The notes: generated from the sequence alone by a model not told the origin. Positions 9,362-19,320 are shown, counted from the first letter of the stretch. The stretch: DNA of 64,000 nucleotides from a virus (IMGVR_UViG_3300028992_000036), one strand, 5' to 3'. Made by a program: numbers and translations.

Positions 9362-10618
9362 CTATCGAGAACCACCAAGAATAACACGGTTTTTGACTGG
9401 ATACCTACGATGTACTGGATAGCCCAATGCGTCTGCACTATGCTCAATGCCACCTGTCTTATCCATATCTCGTGTTCCAGGCTTGTAGATGACTTTTTCC
9501 AGTGAATCAATCAAATGCTTGCACTTCGGATCGATATACAACCGGATATCTCCAGATGCGGTCATCAGCATTCGGTTAACAGCATTAACACGATCCGCAA
9601 TTGGCGGGTGCTTTTTCGAATAATCGACACGTAAGAATCCCTTCTCTTTGAATATGTCGACGTCAGACTCCCCGCGAGCATGTTGGCGATAAGCACCTGC
9701 CGGATCTGGAAATACCGTTATCTGTGATTTCCAGCGCCAGAAGCGTCTCTCAAGCTCATCACAAACCTCTGCCGTGTTAGAGGAAAAGAGCACCAATTCA
9801 TCAATTGCCCATAGCTCACCATTTGGCTGAGGTTGCAAAATTACTGAAGACATCGGGTCAATGTTGAAGTCCTGCCCTACCCATATAGGCAACCGAGGGT
9901 TGAACTGAAGCGGTTTTACATGCACGTTACGATCGAACGGGTAGTAAACGCGCCCGGACATGTTCTCAAAGCTCGCCAGGTACTCCTGAGCGAACGATTT
10001 CGGGTCCATATCGTTCTTAGCAGCTTCAATTTCCGCCGTAGGCACAAACGGAGAATCGGCAGTTACAAACTGCCAGCTCTTCCACTGTCCCTTTCTTTGC
10101 AGCTCTACGTTCTGGCCTATAGTCCACAGTTTGTGAAATTCCGAGAAACCTTTTGGCGTACCAATGATAAGTGCACCGCCGCGTGTCGATGAAAGAGTAG
10201 GTCGTAACACCTTGTACCAGGTGTCAGCCTTCATATCCTGAAATTCATCAAGCACTACAAAATGCAACGCTACGCCGCGCAGAGTGTCAGGCTTATCAGC
10301 ACCTTTGAGGGCGATCTCCGAACCGTTCTTCAACACGATTGTCATCGTGGTGTCGTTCTTTTTCCTAACCCACTTACGAGGCAGAACTTCCTGTAGATCG
10401 TCCCACAAAATCTGGCGAGCCATCTGGTAAGTAGGAGCGACATACCAGACCCTTTGCTTTTTTTCCTTTGCCGCCGCACGAATAATAGTGGAGATCGACA
10501 ACCGGGATTTTCCCCAGCGTCGACCAGCACAAACAACTTTAAATCGATGCGGAGACTGGAAGACTTTCATCTGTCCAGAATGCAGTTGCACAAGACTGAG
10601 CGAGGACGGGATTGCCAT
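9362..10618 (-). CDS. terminase large subunit
   Basis: Walker A VVCAGRRWGKS, Walker B HFVVLDEF, C-terminal nuclease-type region; start overlaps small-subunit stop (TAATG). Confidence 0.8.
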   Translation of the reverse strand: MAIPSSLSLVQLHSGQMKVFQSPHRFKVVCAGRRWGKSRLSISTIIRAAAKEKKQRVWYVAPTYQMARQILWDDLQEVLPRKWVRKKNDTTMTIVLKNGSEIALKGADKPDTLRGVALHFVVLDEFQDMKADTWYKVLRPTLSSTRGGALIIGTPKGFSEFHKLWTIGQNVELQRKGQWKSWQFVTADSPFVPTAEIEAAKNDMDPKSFAQEYLASFENMSGRVYYPFDRNVHVKPLQFNPRLPIWVGQDFNIDPMSSVILQPQPNGELWAIDELVLFSSNTAEVCDELERRFWRWKSQITVFPDPAGAYRQHARGESDVDIFKEKGFLRVDYSKKHPPIADRVNAVNRMLMTASGDIRLYIDPKCKHLIDSLEKVIYKPGTRDMDKTGGIEHSADALGYPVHRRYPVKNRVILGGSR

Positions 10619-11250
10619 TATTCGTCCTCCCCTTCACTTCCATCATCTGTCGCATCAAATTCGCTTAGAGCTTCTTCTTCCAACGTCTCAAGCAATTCGT
10701 CATCGATGATTTCAGGCTCGTCGTCTTCCTGACGTAATTTCGCCACCTGGGAAGGCGTAAGCTCACCAAATACCAGATTCGGAATTTCTTCCTCGTCATT
10801 TTCCGCATGATCCATGCCCAATGCTTTGGACGAAACTTCAAAGCATTTTGCAAGGGTATTACTGGCTCTCTGTAAGCTCTTGAGAGAATCCTCAATCGCC
10901 CCTAAAGGCTTACCCTCACGTTTGGCCGTAGTGACTTCGACCATCACCATCTGCCCCAACGCATACGCCCAGCCGTCATAACGTGTACGACGTTCTTCTA
11001 TCTTTTCCGCACGGGCTTTAGCGCGAAGCTCTGCGTCAGATTTAAGAGACTCACGAACCATCTTCCCAACAGAGTCCGCGCCTTTCTCTAATCCTCGCTT
11101 TTTGAAATGTCTGGAGAGTGTTTCACGACGAATGCCGTACTCTTCCTCCAGCTTTGAGAGTGTATATTCGCCTGACGTCCATTTGGCTTCAGCTTCGGCC
11201 CACTCCGCTGGTGTCAGGCGAGTTTTTACCTCGTCTTTTTCGACCGTCAT
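10618..11250 (-). CDS. terminase small subunit, putative
   Basis: 210 aa, N-terminal HTH-like region, acidic C-terminus, directly upstream of and coupled to the large subunit. Confidence 0.5.
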   Translation of the reverse strand: MTVEKDEVKTRLTPAEWAEAEAKWTSGEYTLSKLEEEYGIRRETLSRHFKKRGLEKGADSVGKMVRESLKSDAELRAKARAEKIEERRTRYDGWAYALGQMVMVEVTTAKREGKPLGAIEDSLKSLQRASNTLAKCFEVSSKALGMDHAENDEEEIPNLVFGELTPSQVAKLRQEDDEPEIIDDELLETLEEEALSEFDATDDGSEGEDE

Positions 11251-11366
11251 AGATCCCTCTAAAACACACAGAGCGCGTCCATGCGCTCTAAAACAACTTG
11301 TTTACTGCATTTTCTAACCAACTTGTTTTCTGGGTTGTTTAATTAGGTCTGGGCATGTCTTATTAA

Positions 11367-11422
11367 GCCTGCTTCCGTATATATTTAATAAGTTACTTAT
11401 TATTTATATATACAGAAGCAGG
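11367..11422. repeat. 56-bp palindromic element (17-18-bp arms, AT-rich loop), copy 1 of 2
   Basis: GCCTGCTTCCGTATATAT ... ATATATACAGAAGCAGG; near-identical copy at 36864-36922 with the same single arm mismatch. Confidence 0.55.
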
Positions 11423-11446
11423 TCTTTAAATAAGCTCCCAGACCGA

Positions 11447-11713
11447 TTACATCACCAGTAACTTCGCTTTGGCTCGACCTAAAGTGGTTAACCCAAGAGT
11501 TCGGCGGTGATAGCGATTGTCACTGCGTTGGCGCGTATGCCCTTTCTCCACAAGCCCCTTTTTTATCAGAGCGCGAATTGAGAACTGGATACTTTGCTTG
11601 GTTGTCTTGTACGGCAAAACTTCAAGCAATTCGTCCAGATCAAGTAGATAACCTCGCTCATAACCGAGATTGAGCGTTTTGATGATGTCCTTTTGTTTAT
11701 CGGTTAACGTCAT
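11447..11713 (-). CDS. small winged-helix DNA-binding protein, putative regulator
   Basis: 88 aa; AAGGA RBS 8 nt upstream; helix-turn-helix-like segment; basic C-terminus. Confidence 0.4.
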   Translation of the reverse strand: MTLTDKQKDIIKTLNLGYERGYLLDLDELLEVLPYKTTKQSIQFSIRALIKKGLVEKGHTRQRSDNRYHRRTLGLTTLGRAKAKLLVM

Positions 11714-11722
11714 GGCAAATCC

Positions 11723-12613
11723 TTATGCCGGTAAAGCAATTTCTAACGGTTTATCCAAAGGTTGTTTGTCGAATGCCAGCAGTGGCAGCGTGTCAGGCAG
11801 TCGACGACCAAAGTCAGGGTTTCGATACACCCCATACAACGGAGACGTAAAGCTCAGGTTGTGAATGTCCTTGAGCAACTTCACAATGCTGGCCTCGTCC
11901 ACCAGACTGTCGGCAATGTCCTGAATCGTCGTGCCACGATTCCGCCCAGCTTTTGCCAGGGAACTGTTCTTGTGGTAGTCCGCCACCAGATCACGCAGTG
12001 CACGGCGACGACGAGACTCGCTCATTGCGAACAACTCTTTGACGATCGCCTCGTTATCACCCGGGTCGGAACGGAAATGGCGCTGGAATACACGCAGTGC
12101 ACTTTCATAGCTCTTCGGTCGCTCAGGGCGGATGAACTTAAACCCTGCTTTCATGGCGAAGGGATTGTATTTGCTCATCGAGGACTGGATCTCAATGATT
12201 GGCCGGTCATGCATCCTGCTAACCAGGTTAATCATTCGATAAGAGACGCCTACGCCACGATACTGAGTATCCACAACTGAGCGACTGATCACCGCAAAGT
12301 TGTTATTCACGTACCGACCCCAGTACTGGTTAGCCACGGTGGTATTAGTGGTTGGTTTCAACTTAGGAAACATGCGGTGGCGAGGTGCCAACAGTAGTTT
12401 CGGGTAAGCCATAACCACGACGCCCACCAGACGGTCATCAAGTTCGCAGCGATAGTAAGTTGGCGCGAAAGGTTTGCCGTCTGTTTTGTAGTGAAGCGAC
12501 TTAAGAGCGTGCCAGTCCTCTACAGTTCCCTTTGTAACAGTCATTCGCTCCAGAAAGTCCAGATGACGCGGAAACTCTTCAGGGCGGTAGCGTTTAATGA
12601 TGATGTCCGTCAT
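11723..12613 (-). CDS. hypothetical protein, coupled to upstream ATPase
   Basis: 296-aa ORF; start overlaps upstream stop (ATGA). Confidence 0.4.
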   Translation of the reverse strand: MTDIIIKRYRPEEFPRHLDFLERMTVTKGTVEDWHALKSLHYKTDGKPFAPTYYRCELDDRLVGVVVMAYPKLLLAPRHRMFPKLKPTTNTTVANQYWGRYVNNNFAVISRSVVDTQYRGVGVSYRMINLVSRMHDRPIIEIQSSMSKYNPFAMKAGFKFIRPERPKSYESALRVFQRHFRSDPGDNEAIVKELFAMSESRRRRALRDLVADYHKNSSLAKAGRNRGTTIQDIADSLVDEASIVKLLKDIHNLSFTSPLYGVYRNPDFGRRLPDTLPLLAFDKQPLDKPLEIALPA

Positions 12614-13275
12614 GAATGGACCTCATCGTGACTACCATTGTGATATTCCACCTTCACGCGTTCTTTGTAGTGCTTGGTGATCTGCATATCCGGGCGCAGC
12701 GCGTTCTTCAGGTCTTCGTGAGTCGTCGCCACCATTACCGTCGCACCAACCTTTCGAGCGGCACGCTGGAGGTTAGACGCCACAACCTGAGCGGTTACAC
12801 GGTCGAGAACAGCGCCGAACTCGTCAGCAGCCCACACTTTAGCGCCTGACTCAATCAGTTTGGCAATCTTGAGACGATATTTCTGGCCGTCTGACATTTC
12901 AGAAGGCTTGCGAACAAACAGATATGCATCGTTCAGACCAGCCATAGATAACAACCCAAGCGCATCACTGGTCGTTTTGCCCAACTGATCGATGACGTTA
13001 ACCTCATTATCGAAGGTAAAATCATCGATGGAGGCTACAGACAGCCCTTCATCCTTCATCTGTCGTTGCAACTCGCGCAGCACAACGGATTTGCCGGAAC
13101 CGGATTGGCCGGTGATGTACACCACATCGCCCTGCTTCACTTCCAGCTCCAGATTGTCGTAAAGCGTCCACTCTTTTTCGTCCAGGCCAAGCCCGAACGA
13201 CTCAGCGATTTCCAACGTGCGCGTGGTTTTATTTACGCGTGTCTGAAACGATACGTTGATGATGTATTTGCTCAT
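12610..13275 (-). CDS. stand-alone ABC-type ATPase
   Basis: Walker A GQSGSGKS, signature-like SDGQKYRL, Walker B VWAADEFG, H-loop TTHED; no transmembrane domain. Confidence 0.6.
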   Translation of the reverse strand: MSKYIINVSFQTRVNKTTRTLEIAESFGLGLDEKEWTLYDNLELEVKQGDVVYITGQSGSGKSVVLRELQRQMKDEGLSVASIDDFTFDNEVNVIDQLGKTTSDALGLLSMAGLNDAYLFVRKPSEMSDGQKYRLKIAKLIESGAKVWAADEFGAVLDRVTAQVVASNLQRAARKVGATVMVATTHEDLKNALRPDMQITKHYKERVKVEYHNGSHDEVHS

Positions 13276-13940
13276 GCAGCCATCTCCCCGGAAGAGATCT
13301 TCTCCGCATATGCCACAAATGCGTCTACCCCGCTTTCTCCCGTCATTTCTTCCATGTGGGCAAGCAAATCACCAACAACAATGGCAGAGCCAGCAGGGAG
13401 CGTTTTAAAGCCCAATACGTCGACAACACGTACTTCTTCCGCTGCAACTTCACGACTGATCTCGGTGTGTTCATCCTTCTGTCGTTTAGTTTCTTCGCCA
13501 AGATCGATAACTAGCGAGTCGGTGTCCATTTCTTCTGTCATACTGCCAACGAGAACATTCAACTCACGCTCTTCAAAGCCGAAAACCTCGATATCGTCCA
13601 GAACAAGCGACTCAAGCTCTTTCTGTAGCTTAATTGCATCGTAATCAATGCTGGCAAGTCGGTTATCTTCAAGGCGCTTCGCACGAACCTCGTCATCACT
13701 GAGATCATCGCGAACAATAACCGGTACGCGCTCAAGTCCAGCAAAAATTGCAGCCTCACGGCGGCCGTGGCCAGTAATAATTACGTCGTTCTTATCGACC
13801 GTAATTGGCTGGTCAAATCCGCGCTTTTTAATGGCTGCGGCTAGATCTCGGATCTGCTGTTCATCATGCTTTTTGGCATTCATCTCATAGGGAATAAGAT
13901 CTGCCGGGTCGCGATATACGATTTCAAACTTTTTGGTCAT
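13272..13940 (-). CDS. ParB-like nuclease domain protein
   Basis: ParB/Srx N-terminal motif ITGHGRREAA; AAGGAG RBS before ATG 13940; coupled to neighbours. Confidence 0.6.
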   Translation of the reverse strand: MTKKFEIVYRDPADLIPYEMNAKKHDEQQIRDLAAAIKKRGFDQPITVDKNDVIITGHGRREAAIFAGLERVPVIVRDDLSDDEVRAKRLEDNRLASIDYDAIKLQKELESLVLDDIEVFGFEERELNVLVGSMTEEMDTDSLVIDLGEETKRQKDEHTEISREVAAEEVRVVDVLGFKTLPAGSAIVVGDLLAHMEEMTGESGVDAFVAYAEKISSGEMAA

Positions 13941-14620
13941 TACATACGCTCCTTGTAGTAGTCGACCAGCCACACCAGAGCCTCACCAGCGTTCTCCATT
14001 TCATTACCGGTGTTAATAGCCTGCTCTTTGATGATGTTTTTTATGGTTTCTGCAACACGATCTGACGCATCGAAAGTTACTTTGAAGCGCATGGTCTGAT
14101 GTTCCGCACCCACACGTTCGGTTTTCTCTCGTTTGTCGGTATCGACAGGCTCATCACTACCACGAGACAACGCCTCCAGTGCTTCAAGGTCGATTGCCGC
14201 CTCTTTTGCTAAAACCATCGAGATTTCGTCGTCATACGGGGCGATTTCAGACAGTTGATAGTCAAGTTCTGACTGAATTTCTTCAATGAAGCGTTGCAAT
14301 GCGATTTGGTCGTCTTCACCGTATCGCTCGTTGTCCACCAGTGACATCTGTTTAGCTACGACATCGCTAATTTTGCCCACAGAAAGCACCGGAACCGTTG
14401 AAATTCCTTGCTCAATAGCAGCACGCCAGCGATGTTCGCCGCCGAGGATTTCAAAAAATCCATCTTCAAGTTCACGAGCCAAAATTGGCTTAAAAAAGCC
14501 CAATTTTTCGATAGAACCTTTCAGTTTTTCAAAATTCTGCGCACCAACCGAATTGGTGTTCCAGGTATTCGGGCGAAGGTTGGCAACATCAACCTGCAAA
14601 ATCGTGATTTTTACATCCAT
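13940..14620 (-). CDS. ParB-like nuclease domain protein
   Basis: Motif LGGEHRWRAA; start ambiguous (ATG 14620 or GTG 14638). Confidence 0.6.
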   Translation of the reverse strand: MDVKITILQVDVANLRPNTWNTNSVGAQNFEKLKGSIEKLGFFKPILARELEDGFFEILGGEHRWRAAIEQGISTVPVLSVGKISDVVAKQMSLVDNERYGEDDQIALQRFIEEIQSELDYQLSEIAPYDDEISMVLAKEAAIDLEALEALSRGSDEPVDTDKREKTERVGAEHQTMRFKVTFDASDRVAETIKNIIKEQAINTGNEMENAGEALVWLVDYYKERM

Positions 14621-14702
14621 TTTATTGCTACAATCCACTAAGTAATCACTTACTTATTATAATAGCCAAATAACATACAAAAGGCACTAAGGAAAGAGGT
14701 TT

Positions 14703-16262
14703 ATGACTGTTCGGATTGTATCTAACGCAGTAAATGCGCTTATTTCTGGCGCAGATGACAAGGTAAAGCAACTGGTGCAGCAAATGTTGAGCTACGAAGT
14801 CGAGACTGGCGACTGGAAGGGCACAAGCACGATGTTCAACTGGAGTAAAAACTCGTTCCCTGCTGGCTTTGCCAAGCCTGTAGCGGCGAACTTGAACAAG
14901 GCGGGCATCAAATGTGTTCATATCCGCAAAGACAAAGCCCCGGCGCTTGGTAAACCAAATCCGGCGGTTAACCCATTCCCATACAATCCTGATTATGCGT
15001 ATCAGGATCAGACTGTGGAAACACTGGTTCGAGAGGGAATGATGATTGCGCAGATCGCTACTGGTGGCGGGAAATCTAACGTTGCCTGCAAAGCAGCTGC
15101 ACGTATCGGTCGAATGACATTATTTTTAACAACCCGCTCTGTTCTGATGTTTCAAATGGCCGAAAACTTCCAGAGATCCATCGACTACCGCGCCGAAAAT
15201 GGCGAACCGTGGTTAAAAGACCAAAAGGTTGGAGTCATTGGCTCGGGTGAGTTCCAGGTATCACGACATATCAACGTCGCTACAGTTCAAACTCTTGCAA
15301 GTTTCCTCGAAGAACCACCACGCGATGCAACACCAGATAAGAAAAGCTACCACCTCAAACGTCGGGAGTTGGTGAAACGCTTCCTTTCAAGTGTCTCTCT
15401 TCTTATTCTGGAAGAGGCGCATGAGTCTTCAGGCTCAAATTTCTATGACATCGCCAGATTATGTGTGAACGCAGACTATCGTCTGGCGCTTACAGCCACG
15501 CCGTTCATGAAGGATTCGACGGAAGCCAACATGCGCCTGATGGCGGTGGCCGGGCGAATTGAAATTAAAGTCACAGAAAAGTACCTGATTGATCGAGGCA
15601 TTCTGGCAAAGCCGTACTTCCTTTATCATAAAGTTGCCTACAAGCCAGACGAGGCCAGAATCAAGGCCGAACTTGCCAACAAACACCTCAATTTTAGAGT
15701 TGGTATGAGCACCGCCTACCAAAAGGCTTATCAGTTGGGGATCGTGTATAATTTGGGACGTAACGAGGCCATTGTTCGCGAAGCATTGCTCTATAAGCAA
15801 CATTCTCTCAATTGTATGACTCTGGTTCGTCTTAAACGCCACGGGCAAATCCTGATGGAAATGATGAAAGAGTCCGGCCTTAGAGTTGACTTCATCTATG
15901 GGGAATCTAACCAGGCGACAAGGCAAGCAAAGCTGAACAGTTTAGCGTCTGGAGAAATAGATGTTTTAATAGGCTCGACTATTCTGGATGTCGGTGTTGA
16001 TGTGCCAAGCGTTGGTGCGGTCATTCTTGCTGGTGGTGGGAAAGCAGAAGTTGAAATGAGGCAGCGTGTCGGTCGTGGCTTACGAGCCAAAAAAAATCAG
16101 GCAAACGTGTGTTTTATCACTGATTTCATTGACATTAGCAACAAATACCTGTTGTCTCACTCTTATGAGCGAAAACACATCATCGACACCACACCTGGCT
16201 TTGCAGAAGGTGTATTGCCTATTGATGGAGCATTCGATTTTGGAGTTCTGAAACGAGATTAG
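14703..16262 (+). CDS. SF2 DNA helicase (ResIII/DEAH-like)
   Basis: Motif I ATGGGKS, motif II LILEEAH, C-terminal helicase motifs; AAGGAAAGAGG RBS. Confidence 0.7.
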   Translation: MTVRIVSNAVNALISGADDKVKQLVQQMLSYEVETGDWKGTSTMFNWSKNSFPAGFAKPVAANLNKAGIKCVHIRKDKAPALGKPNPAVNPFPYNPDYAYQDQTVETLVREGMMIAQIATGGGKSNVACKAAARIGRMTLFLTTRSVLMFQMAENFQRSIDYRAENGEPWLKDQKVGVIGSGEFQVSRHINVATVQTLASFLEEPPRDATPDKKSYHLKRRELVKRFLSSVSLLILEEAHESSGSNFYDIARLCVNADYRLALTATPFMKDSTEANMRLMAVAGRIEIKVTEKYLIDRGILAKPYFLYHKVAYKPDEARIKAELANKHLNFRVGMSTAYQKAYQLGIVYNLGRNEAIVREALLYKQHSLNCMTLVRLKRHGQILMEMMKESGLRVDFIYGESNQATRQAKLNSLASGEIDVLIGSTILDVGVDVPSVGAVILAGGGKAEVEMRQRVGRGLRAKKNQANVCFITDFIDISNKYLLSHSYERKHIIDTTPGFAEGVLPIDGAFDFGVLKRD

Positions 16263-16264
16263 TT

Positions 16265-16543
16265 ATGAGCGAAAAGAAAACAACTTATTGTCAGGTAGCA
16301 TTGTCTGATAAGGCCAATGACAAACTTGGAAAGTTTCAAGTGAAACTAAAAGAAAAAAATATCAAAATGTCTAAGGCTGAAGTCATAAATACCATTCTGG
16401 AACAATTGACAATGGCCGACTTTGACAAGGTTATATCTTCTGTCGGGGCTTCCGCTAAGACTCGTGAGAAAATCATGCGTATCTATGAGAACTCTAATAT
16501 GACAAAGGAAGATCTCGAAACGCTATTAAGCAGATTAAAATAA
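16265..16543 (+). CDS. small putative DNA-binding/regulatory protein
   Basis: 92 aa; begins 3 nt after helicase stop. Confidence 0.35.
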   Translation: MSEKKTTYCQVALSDKANDKLGKFQVKLKEKNIKMSKAEVINTILEQLTMADFDKVISSVGASAKTREKIMRIYENSNMTKEDLETLLSRLK

Positions 16544-16569
16544 TCACGCTATCAATTAGGGAGACAAAG

Positions 16570-17034
16570 ATGAAGTCTCCCATACTGTTCACTTTCTGTT
16601 CTAAAACTATCATGAAATACTCGCTTCTCCCTCTACTAACGTTACCAGTGTTGATGCTTACCGCGTGCCAATCACGCCCAATATCAATCCATGACGCCAA
16701 ACCAGCACCGCAGGCCAAAGTGTTCAAGTATCAAAGCGCAGCGCCAGCTACGTTGGTGGTAATGAGAGACACAGGTTTTGTAGGAGCTGGATGTGATGCT
16801 TCCATTTTCATCAACGGCGAAACTGTCGCAAAACTGGCTACAGGCGAAAAAGCGACTTTCCATTTAAATGCCGGAGAATTAATTGTGGGTGCATCTCTTG
16901 AAGGTGCAGGTTTATGTGCTCTAAACCCCGCTCGTCAAGAGCGAGAAACGACTCTGAAGAATGGAGACACAAAAGCGTTCAGGGTGTTCACCAGCAATTC
17001 TGGTGACATCGACATTCTGCCAACAACTCTGTGA
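16570..17034 (+). CDS. lipoprotein, putative
   Basis: Signal with lipobox LTAC (..LPVLMLTACQ); GGGAGA RBS; alternative start at 16612. Confidence 0.5.
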   Translation: MKSPILFTFCSKTIMKYSLLPLLTLPVLMLTACQSRPISIHDAKPAPQAKVFKYQSAAPATLVVMRDTGFVGAGCDASIFINGETVAKLATGEKATFHLNAGELIVGASLEGAGLCALNPARQERETTLKNGDTKAFRVFTSNSGDIDILPTTL

Positions 17035-17038
17035 TGAC

Positions 17039-17563
17039 ATGACAACCAAAGATATTACCTACGGTATCCAAGCTGAACTCTGGCCGCGAGATTACACTAA
17101 CGTTGAAAAACTACTGATGTTCTGGCGCAGAGAACAAATTCCTGTAAGGGTCACTCTCGAAGATGGCCAGGCGTTTTGCATGTACGTTTATGGCCTCATG
17201 CCATCTCGTAACAAAGTTGACCTTTGCCCAGCCCCTTTTGACAAAGAAAATCGTATAAGGCTCCCACTTGAACGCATTAGTACAATTGAATCAGGTGTGG
17301 TTGACAGTATCGCTCACGATTTCAAAGGTCGACTAACAGTTCACCCTGATTATGTCGATAATCGGCCATCACGCCGCGATTTTTTTGCAATTTGCAACCA
17401 AGCCTACAAAGCAAACAAATCTATAAGGGTGTACATGGCGGATGGCCGTGAAATTGAGGGGGTGTCAGCAGGCGCAGATGCTTGTCAGGTTACACTACGT
17501 GTCGAGAACGGTAGAAAAATAGTTGTTTTGTTCGATTGGGTTGAACGAATTTTGCCTTTTTGA
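17039..17563 (+). CDS. hypothetical protein
   Basis: 174-aa ORF from ATG 17039, directly after the lipoprotein stop. Confidence 0.4.
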   Translation: MTTKDITYGIQAELWPRDYTNVEKLLMFWRREQIPVRVTLEDGQAFCMYVYGLMPSRNKVDLCPAPFDKENRIRLPLERISTIESGVVDSIAHDFKGRLTVHPDYVDNRPSRRDFFAICNQAYKANKSIRVYMADGREIEGVSAGADACQVTLRVENGRKIVVLFDWVERILPF

Positions 17564-17566
17564 GTT

Positions 17567-17875
17567 ATGAAATCGATATTGTTACCACCATTATTTTTAC
17601 TTTGCTCAGTTACGGCAAATGCAATGGACTATAAGCCTGTCATTCAGTCGCTGATGAATGACGTGTGCTCAACGTCTCAGAATGTATCAGTTTGCATGTA
17701 TCAATTTTCGGCAGCCGTAAAAGCAGGAAAAGCGATAGGTGAGAATGTGGAACTGTGTAAGAAAGTGGCAAATGAAGAAAGGGCAATGTTGGATTGCGAA
17801 TCTAGCGAGTCATCGGCACAGTTCGTTGATGCGCTATTTGACACCAATCGTAAGGCTGTAGAGTCTGTTCAATAA
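17567..17875 (+). CDS. small secreted protein, putative
   Basis: N-terminal signal peptide MKSILLPPLFLLCSVTANA; 102 aa. Confidence 0.4.
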   Translation: MKSILLPPLFLLCSVTANAMDYKPVIQSLMNDVCSTSQNVSVCMYQFSAAVKAGKAIGENVELCKKVANEERAMLDCESSESSAQFVDALFDTNRKAVESVQ

Positions 17876-18064
17876 ATCTATAAGGTTAATAACCGGCTAA
17901 GTCCGGCTATTATTTTTCACATCACTTCTTTATATCTACAAATCAAATAACCTAAATATATATAAGGTCTAAAGCCGCAATCGATTATTTATTTAGGGAA
18001 CACCTTCGACGATCTCGCTTTTATTTCTAGGACTTTCATCCCTGCAAAAAATTTTAAAAAAACA

Positions 18065-18092
18065 CTTGCAATCTATTTTCGCGTATCGATAA
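18065..18092 (+). promoter_or_regulatory. sigma70-type promoter candidate for the AT-rich moron
   Basis: TTGCAA - 16 nt - GATAAT, ~70 nt upstream of ATG 18159. Confidence 0.4.
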
Positions 18093-18158
18093 TTGAACTC
18101 GTCGAAAGCGAAGACGCTAACGACAATAAATTTTAAATTTACATAAGGAAAAATTATC

Positions 18159-18809
18159 ATGGCTAACATTATCATTTCTAAAAAATCCATCATTGAAGCT
18201 GCTTCCATTGTATCCGATGAACTGCGCGAAAAAGCAGATCTGGCAACTCAAACATATAACGAACATTATAAAAATGGTACGCACACTAAAGCAGACAAAG
18301 CAAATATGCAAGCTGCGACCACTAAACTTGCTTACTTCATCAACAACGTCGTAAACGCAGTAGAAGACGAAAAATTATGCTCTGTTTTCTACTATGCGAT
18401 TAAAGCAAGCAAACAAGCGCCAGAAGTATTTTTCCGTGATGCAATGACTAATAGTTATTCTCTGGAAAAACTGGTTTATCTGGTTAAATCAATTAAATCT
18501 GGTAAATGCGTTTATTCCATCGCTGATATGTCAGGATCTCGTGTATTCGCTTTAATCGATATGATTAACGACGAGATCGACACGTTCACCAATGGCGCTG
18601 TTTTCGATTTAATGAATGAAGCTAAAAAAGCGTGCGAAATTAAATTGGACGCTGGCTATACTCAAGCCAACCAGTTGATCAATCTTTGCGAACGTCTTGG
18701 ACTTGTTGAGAAAGTCAAAGGAATGGGAAGCGCAAAAGCTGGTACACAGCAATATCGCTTTATCAAGAATGATTTCTACAATTATTTAGCTGATGCTTTT
18801 AAAGCGTAA
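18159..18809 (+). CDS. hypothetical protein in AT-rich moron
   Basis: 216 aa; AAGGAAAAA RBS; markedly lower GC than flanks; followed by a hairpin at 18819-18839. Confidence 0.5.
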   Translation: MANIIISKKSIIEAASIVSDELREKADLATQTYNEHYKNGTHTKADKANMQAATTKLAYFINNVVNAVEDEKLCSVFYYAIKASKQAPEVFFRDAMTNSYSLEKLVYLVKSIKSGKCVYSIADMSGSRVFALIDMINDEIDTFTNGAVFDLMNEAKKACEIKLDAGYTQANQLINLCERLGLVEKVKGMGSAKAGTQQYRFIKNDFYNYLADAFKA

Positions 18810-18859
18810 TTAATGGAATCAAGCGCCCACTATGGGCGCTTTAAAGGAGCTTTAAAAAA

Positions 18860-19063
18860 ATGGTCAGCTATGACAAGATCCGCGCAAAGTATCGCGCAAA
18901 GTATCGCGCTTATAAACTGGAATTAATCGATGATTTGATCGCGCAACGCGACCAATTAAATTTTACGTTTTCTGATTTGCTTAACAGCAAGCGAGATTGC
19001 AAGCGCAAACGTGAATACTTACGTTTAAGCGCATTAATCGGAAAACTTCAAAATTCTATTTAA
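18860..19063 (+). CDS. small basic hypothetical protein
   Basis: 67 aa; AAAGGAG RBS; contains a tandem 12-nt repeat encoding AKYRAKYRA. Confidence 0.4.
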   Translation: MVSYDKIRAKYRAKYRAYKLELIDDLIAQRDQLNFTFSDLLNSKRDCKRKREYLRLSALIGKLQNSI

Positions 19064-19084
19064 TTTTTTTTAAGGAGCTTAATC

Positions 19085-19315
19085 ATGTTTGTTCTTATCG
19101 CTGGCGTTAACGTCCATAATGAATATTATGTTAATCGCATCGCTGGGATCGCTGGTTACGCTGGGCGCGCAGTCGAGCTTATAGATGAAACGACGCGCAA
19201 AATTGACTTATTGAGCGACCAGGAGCGAAAAAAAGCAGACGTGAACGACGCTGATATATTTTTAATGTTAAAAGCGTTTGTAGAAATGGGATTTAAAATC
19301 AGTTTACACAAATAA
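19085..19315 (+). CDS. small hypothetical protein
   Basis: 76 aa; AAGGAG RBS 7 nt upstream. Confidence 0.4.
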   Translation: MFVLIAGVNVHNEYYVNRIAGIAGYAGRAVELIDETTRKIDLLSDQERKKADVNDADIFLMLKAFVEMGFKISLHK

Positions 19316-19320
19316 AATCG

